A DNA stretch of 64,000 nt. It comes from Burkholderiales bacterium. GTDB lineage: Bacteria; Pseudomonadota; Gammaproteobacteria; Burkholderiales; SG8-39. The position numbers and the translations under genes were made by a program. The stretch covers positions 9,730 to 73,729 of the forward strand of contig DASRKB010000084.1 in the NCBI GenBank assembly GCA_035649175.1, given 5' to 3'. Positions 59,995 through 64,000 of this stretch are shown piece after piece (position 1 is the stretch's first letter; the number at the start of each line of letters is the position of its first letter). The notes beneath the pieces are model-generated. The model saw only the letters and a list, made by a program, of their open reading frames with translations, was not told the origin of the DNA and did not search any database.

Positions 59995-60311
59995 GAAGGG
60001 GTGGCGAGCTTCAGGCCGGCGATGCCAAGGACGATGAGCGCGATCGATGCCATCCGCAGTGCATCCCGAGGCTCGTCAAACAATACCATGCCGAGGATGG
60101 CGACGCCCACCGCGCCGATTCCTGTCCACACCGCATACCCGGTACCGATCGGGATGGCTCGCACCGCGAGCGCGAGGAAGTAGACGCTCGCGATCATTGC
60201 GGCCGCGGTAATAGCCGAGGGCACCAGGCGAGTGAAGCCATCGGTGTACCTAAGGCCGACTGCCCAGACCACCTCGAGCAGCCCGGCGAGCGTGAGCCAG
60301 ACCCAGGCCAT
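59991..60311 (-). CDS. sugE: SMR-family small multidrug / guanidinium exporter (SugE/Gdx-like)
   Basis: [26 protein letters not shown]... (membrane Glu in TM1, four TM helices, 106 aa). Confidence 0.9.
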   Translation of the reverse strand: MAWVWLTLAGLLEVVWAVGLRYTDGFTRLVPSAITAAAMIASVYFLALAVRAIPIGTGYAVWTGIGAVGVAILGMVLFDEPRDALRMASIALIVLGIAGLKLATPS

Positions 60312-60322
60312 GCGTGCTTCTC

Positions 60323-61060
60323 CTACAGGAAAATCGAGCGGCCGCCGTCGACGGCGAGTATCTGCCCCGTGATAAAGGTTGCGCTCGCGAGAAATTCCAC
60401 CGCCTGTGCGATGTCATCGGGGCTGCCGATACGCGCGAGCGGCGTCGTGGCAACGATTCGGGTGCGTTCTGCGGGCGGAAACTGCCCGTCGTCGGGCCAG
60501 GCGATCGCACCCGGCGACACGCCGTTCACCCGCACGCGTGGCGCGAGCTCGAGCGCGAGCGAGCGCGTGAGCGCGGCGAGCCCGGCCTTTGCGACGCTGT
60601 ACAGGGGGTAGCCCTTGAGCGGCCGCTCGGCGTGGATGTCCACTACGTTGACGATCGCGCCCTCGCGCTTCGCGAGCTCGGGGGCAACCTGCTGGGAGAT
60701 GAAAAGCGGCGCTCGCAGGTTCGAGCCGACGAGTTCCTCCCAGTGCGACGCCTCGATCGCGCCGACCGGGACCGGGAAAAAGGTCGACGCGTTGTTCACC
60801 AGCAAGTCGAGCCGCCCGAAGGCGTCAAGCGCTGCCGAGACGAGCGCCCGCGGCGCGACCGGCGCGAGCAGCTCCGCCTTCACCTTCGCCGCGCTGCCCG
60901 GACGACGCGCGTTCAGCTCGCTCTCGAGCCGGGCGGCGTCCGGTTCGGAGTCGCGGTAGTGGATCAGCACGCTCGCGCCTGCGCCATGCAGCCGCCGGAC
61001 GATCGCCGCGCCGAGGCGGCGTGCTCCGCCGGTGACGAGCGCCGTCTTGCCTTCCATCAT
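60323..61060 (-). CDS. Short-chain dehydrogenase/reductase (pteridine reductase/FolM-like)
   Basis: [15 protein letters not shown] (TGxxxxxG)...NNAS...YSVAKAGL (YxxxK). Start at the MM pair at 61060. Confidence 0.8.
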   Translation of the reverse strand: MMEGKTALVTGGARRLGAAIVRRLHGAGASVLIHYRDSEPDAARLESELNARRPGSAAKVKAELLAPVAPRALVSAALDAFGRLDLLVNNASTFFPVPVGAIEASHWEELVGSNLRAPLFISQQVAPELAKREGAIVNVVDIHAERPLKGYPLYSVAKAGLAALTRSLALELAPRVRVNGVSPGAIAWPDDGQFPPAERTRIVATTPLARIGSPDDIAQAVEFLASATFITGQILAVDGGRSIFL

Positions 61061-61089
61061 GCCGTTGAATTCTAGGGTAGATTCGCCGC

Positions 61090-62112
61090 ATGCCGGCCCG
61101 CGAGCGGATCGCACGGGAGATCGCCGCGCGTGGCGGCTGGATACCGTTCGCGCGCTACATGGAGCTCGCGCTCCAGCACTACTACGGCGCGCGCGCGCAG
61201 GGCATCGGCGCCGGCGGCGACTTCGTTACGGCGCCGGAGCTCGGGACGCTCTTTGGCAGGACACTGGCCCGCAGCTTGCCGTTCGAGAGGGTCTTGGAAC
61301 TTGGCGCTGGGACTGGAAAGCTGGCCGAGGTCATCCTTTCCGAGCGCCGCTGCGAGTACACCATCCTGGAGACGAGCCCGGCGCTGCAAGAGCGCCAGCG
61401 CGAGCGGCTCGGCGACCGCGTGGAGTTCGTAGAGCGTTTGCCCGAGCGCTTTCACGGCCTGATCCTGGCCAATGAGGTCGCGGACGCGCTCCCCGTGCAC
61501 CTGATCTCGTGGACCGAAAGCGGGATACTCGAAAGGGGGGTGCGCGAGGGCTTCGCGTGGGAGGATCGGCCAGCCACGGGGACGCTGCTGGCAGAAGCGC
61601 GCAGAATCTCCGTCCCCGTTCCGTATCTCAGCGAGATCGGGCTCGCGGCGCGCGCCTGGATGCGCTCGCTCGCCGACTGCCTGGAGTCGGGCGTGATCCT
61701 CGTGATCGACTACGGCTTCCCGAGACACGAGTACTATCACCCGCAGCGCGCCTGCGGCACGCTCATGTGCCACCATCGTCATCAGGCGCACGCCGACCCC
61801 TTCGCGCATCCCGGCGACGAGGACATTACCGCGCATGTCGACTTCAGCGCCCTCGCTGACGCGGCCCGCGAGGCTGGCGCGCAGGTCGTCGGGTACGCCA
61901 CGCAGGCGCAGTTCCTGGTCAACTGCGGAATTACCGACGTGCTCGCCGAAGCGAACGCCGAGAACGCGCTGCACTACGCGCCGATTGCCGCCGAGGCGCA
62001 GACGCTGCTCTCCCCGGCGGAGATGGGCGAGCTGTTCAAGGTGCTCGCCGTCGGCCGTGGCGCGCCGCCGCTTTCGGGCTTTTCGCGCGGCGACCGTTCG
62101 CATACGCTGTAG
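61090..62112 (+). CDS. MidA/NDUFAF7-family SAM-dependent methyltransferase (DUF185)
   Basis: IPFARYMELAL....YG......G..GDFVTAPELGTLFG...ELGAGTGKLA...ILANEVADALPVH...GELFKVLAVG. Confidence 0.85.
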   Translation: MPARERIAREIAARGGWIPFARYMELALQHYYGARAQGIGAGGDFVTAPELGTLFGRTLARSLPFERVLELGAGTGKLAEVILSERRCEYTILETSPALQERQRERLGDRVEFVERLPERFHGLILANEVADALPVHLISWTESGILERGVREGFAWEDRPATGTLLAEARRISVPVPYLSEIGLAARAWMRSLADCLESGVILVIDYGFPRHEYYHPQRACGTLMCHHRHQAHADPFAHPGDEDITAHVDFSALADAAREAGAQVVGYATQAQFLVNCGITDVLAEANAENALHYAPIAAEAQTLLSPAEMGELFKVLAVGRGAPPLSGFSRGDRSHTL

Positions 62113-62115
62113 CTC

Positions 62116-62760
62116 GTGCGCGCCCTGCCCCTCCTTCTGCTTGCCTTGATTCCGCTTCCATCACTTGGTGATGAGGCACACGTGGCGCGGCAACGTTGGG
62201 CCGAGAGCCCGCACGGACCGCTGCTCGAGCGTATTCTGCCGCCGGGCTTCGAGGCGGCAGCCCTGCCCGAGCCGGCGTCAGAGGGCGCACGGCTCACGGT
62301 CCGCTACTGCGTGCAATGCCACAACCTGGCCAACCCTGCGATGCACCACGCGGCCAAGTGGGCGCCGATCGTCGAGCGCATGGTGGACCGCATGGAGGGC
62401 CGGGGGAACTTGGGCGTACTGATGGCAGAGATGATGGCCGGCGTGATGGCGCCCTCAGCCGGCGAGAAGGCGACGATCGTCGCCTACCTGCAGAAGCACG
62501 CGCAGGAGCCACTCGACCCGCGGCGCTATCCCGAGCTTTTCCACCCCGCCGGCGAGGCATTCCGCGTCGCGTGCAGCCAGTGCCACATCCTGCCCGACCC
62601 ACGCCGACATACCGCCGCCGAGTGGCGCGCGGTGGTGGCTCGCATGCAGCAGAACATGCTCTGGATGAATCGGGTAGAAGGATCCAGGCCGATCCCGGGC
62701 GAGCCGCAGCTGCGGGTCGAGGAGATCAACGCCTTCCTCGCGAAGTACGCGAGGAAGTGA
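62116..62760 (+). CDS. Periplasmic di-heme c-type cytochrome (duplicated module)
   Basis: Signal peptide VRALPLLLLALIPLPSLG. Two CxxCH motifs (CVQCH, CSQCH), each followed by ...P...H.A..W...V.RM. Confidence 0.75.
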   Translation: MRALPLLLLALIPLPSLGDEAHVARQRWAESPHGPLLERILPPGFEAAALPEPASEGARLTVRYCVQCHNLANPAMHHAAKWAPIVERMVDRMEGRGNLGVLMAEMMAGVMAPSAGEKATIVAYLQKHAQEPLDPRRYPELFHPAGEAFRVACSQCHILPDPRRHTAAEWRAVVARMQQNMLWMNRVEGSRPIPGEPQLRVEEINAFLAKYARK

Positions 62761-62769
62761 CTAGCGGGT

Positions 62770-63390
62770 CTAACCTGCGGCCGGTACAGCCATGCCGCGC
62801 ACGACGGCGGGCCGCGCACCGATCGCCTCGTACCAGCGCTTCACCGCAGGATAGCGGGCGAGGTCGACACGGTGCCATTCGTGGCGCGCCACCCAGGGGT
62901 AGATCGCCATGTCGGCGATGGAGTATTCCGGCGCGAAATACTCGTACGCGGCGAGGTGGCGATCCATCACGCCGTAGAGGCGCTTCGCCTCGTTGCCGTA
63001 GCGCTCGGTGCCGTAGGGAATCTCGTCTTTCTTCGCGCGCATGAAATGATGCGCCTGGCCGAACATCGGGCCGACGCTGCCCATCTGGAACATGAGCCAC
63101 TGCAGGACCTGGTATTTGTGCTTCTCCGGAAGAAATCTCCCCGTCTTGTCCGCGAGGTAGATGAGAATGGCGCCCGATTCCATCATGGCGAGCGGCTTGC
63201 CGCCGAGCCCCTCCGGATCGACGATCGAAGGGATCTTGCCACTCGGGTTGATCTTCAGGTACTCGGGCGTGAACTGCTCAGCGTTGGTGCCGATGTTGAT
63301 CTTGTGCACGCGGTAAGGAAGCGCGCACTCTTCCAGCATAATGGAGACCTTGCGGCCGTTCGGCGTGCTCCAGGTATAGAGATCAAGCAT
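62770..63390 (-). CDS. Nu-class glutathione S-transferase (YfcG/YghU-like)
   Basis: LDLYTWSTPNGRKVSIMLEE...INP.GKIP.IVD......ESGAILIYLADK...WLMFQMG..GPM.GQ..HF. Confidence 0.9.
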   Translation of the reverse strand: MLDLYTWSTPNGRKVSIMLEECALPYRVHKINIGTNAEQFTPEYLKINPSGKIPSIVDPEGLGGKPLAMMESGAILIYLADKTGRFLPEKHKYQVLQWLMFQMGSVGPMFGQAHHFMRAKKDEIPYGTERYGNEAKRLYGVMDRHLAAYEYFAPEYSIADMAIYPWVARHEWHRVDLARYPAVKRWYEAIGARPAVVRGMAVPAAG

Positions 63391-63410
63391 GATGAGAGCC
63401 TGGTGAAATC

Positions 63411-63593
63411 GTGGTGAAGTGGCTGTTGACGGTCGCCATCGTGTTGGTAGTGTTCTCGCTTGTGGCGCAGCGCTGGCGGCTGCGCCTGCCGGGGGATTTC
63501 AGCGTGCCGGTTCGCGGACGAATGTACTACATCCCGGTCGCGAGTACGCTTGTCCTTTCGCTCGCCGTCTGGGCAATCGGCAAGCTGCTCTAG
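63411..63593 (+). CDS. DUF2905-like small membrane protein
   Basis: VKWLLTVAIVLVVFSLVAQRW...LPGDFSVPVRGRMYYIPVASTLVLSLAVWAIGKLL (60 aa, two TM helices, LPGD motif). Confidence 0.75.
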   Translation: MVKWLLTVAIVLVVFSLVAQRWRLRLPGDFSVPVRGRMYYIPVASTLVLSLAVWAIGKLL

Positions 63594-64000
63594 CCGAGCG
63601 CCGCGGTGAGCGCCTCGAGCCGCGCTTCGTCGATCAGGCCCGGTATGTCCTGCGGGCGCTTGGCACGGGCGGCCACGGCGCCCGCGTCCACCGCGGCAGC
63701 GGCCTGCATCGCCCTACGGGCGCGCGCGGTATTCACCCCGGTTGCAAGCGCGGCGGCGTCGAGAAGCCCGAGAAAGCGCTCCGGGCGGCGGAACGCGTCG
63801 GTACTCTTCAGGAGCGCCAGCAGCTCCAGCGGCTTCGCGCCGGGAGTCCCGGCGAGCCGCTCGCGGTTGCGGCACGCCAGCCGCGCCGCCTCGCGGAATT
63901 CGTTGGGCGCCTTCAGGCGCTCGCACAACGCCTCGGCCTGCGCCTCCTCGAGCGGCCAGGCGAGATGGGCGAAGCGCACGACGGGGGAGCCGGAGAACTT
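63590..64000 (-). CDS. cca: CCA-adding enzyme, C-terminal part (gene runs off the right edge of the window)
   Basis: The frame is open to position 64000 (KFSGSPVVRFAHLAWPLEE...). ...STDAFRRPERFLGLLDAAALA...AAAAVDAGAV... resembles the helical C-terminal tail of multifunctional Cca. Confidence 0.65.
   Translation of the reverse strand, partial: KFSGSPVVRFAHLAWPLEEAQAEALCERLKAPNEFREAARLACRNRERLAGTPGAKPLELLALLKSTDAFRRPERFLGLLDAAALATGVNTARARRAMQAAAAVDAGAVAARAKRPQDIPGLIDEARLEALTAALG

Noticed and set aside
60312-60322. Looked for a guanidine riboswitch (ykkC / mini-ykkC type) in front of the SugE/Gdx-like exporter
   Set aside because: Only 11 nt separate it from the upstream SDR gene, and it overlaps ttcA downstream by 4 nt. 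There is no room for a riboswitch, so it appears to be an internal operon member.

Overview
GC-rich, almost gap-free chromosomal segment. The gene order (ychF-pth-rplY-prs-tRNA-Gln-ispE-lolB; coaD-rsmD/ftsYEX-rpoH; an aa3-type cytochrome c oxidase cluster; gpsA-secB-grxC/gpmA; argB; hslVU; xerC-dapF-lpxL/metK; ahcY) looks betaproteobacterial, but that is inferred from synteny only. I call about 80 CDS, one tRNA-Gln, an SAH riboswitch with its expression platform, and a few promoter, operator and terminator candidates. I saw no rRNA, CRISPR array, IS element or prophage. Many of the long ORFs in the six-frame track are antisense or out-of-frame artefacts of the high GC content. Genes are very often joined by 4-nt start/stop overlaps (ATGA, GTGA, TTGA). 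Most of the window is housekeeping. Items worth a second look: (1) a block between metK and the SAH-riboswitch-controlled ahcY that carries a GntR regulator, a LigM-like tetrahydrofolate-dependent aryl O-demethylase, a short MetE-like methyltransferase and split LigA/LigB extradiol dioxygenase subunits, which could feed methoxy-derived methyl groups into the methionine/SAM cycle; (2) a Cro/YdaS-like HTH domain fused in frame to a class-V aminotransferase, next to a RES-Xre toxin-antitoxin pair with a perfect palindromic operator candidate; (3) a Ser/Thr kinase translationally coupled to a membrane-anchored degenerate nucleotidyl-cyclase-like protein; (4) a cysteine-rich CWC-type small gene, absent from the ORF track, at the end of an ECF sigma/anti-sigma operon; (5) a 220-bp spacer upstream of a CobW-type GTPase where the coding signal switches frame (signal peptide, then a His-rich tail); (6) probable non-canonical start codons at coupled gene junctions (CTGA, ATTAA). 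All functional calls come from reading the translations by eye. No database search was run.
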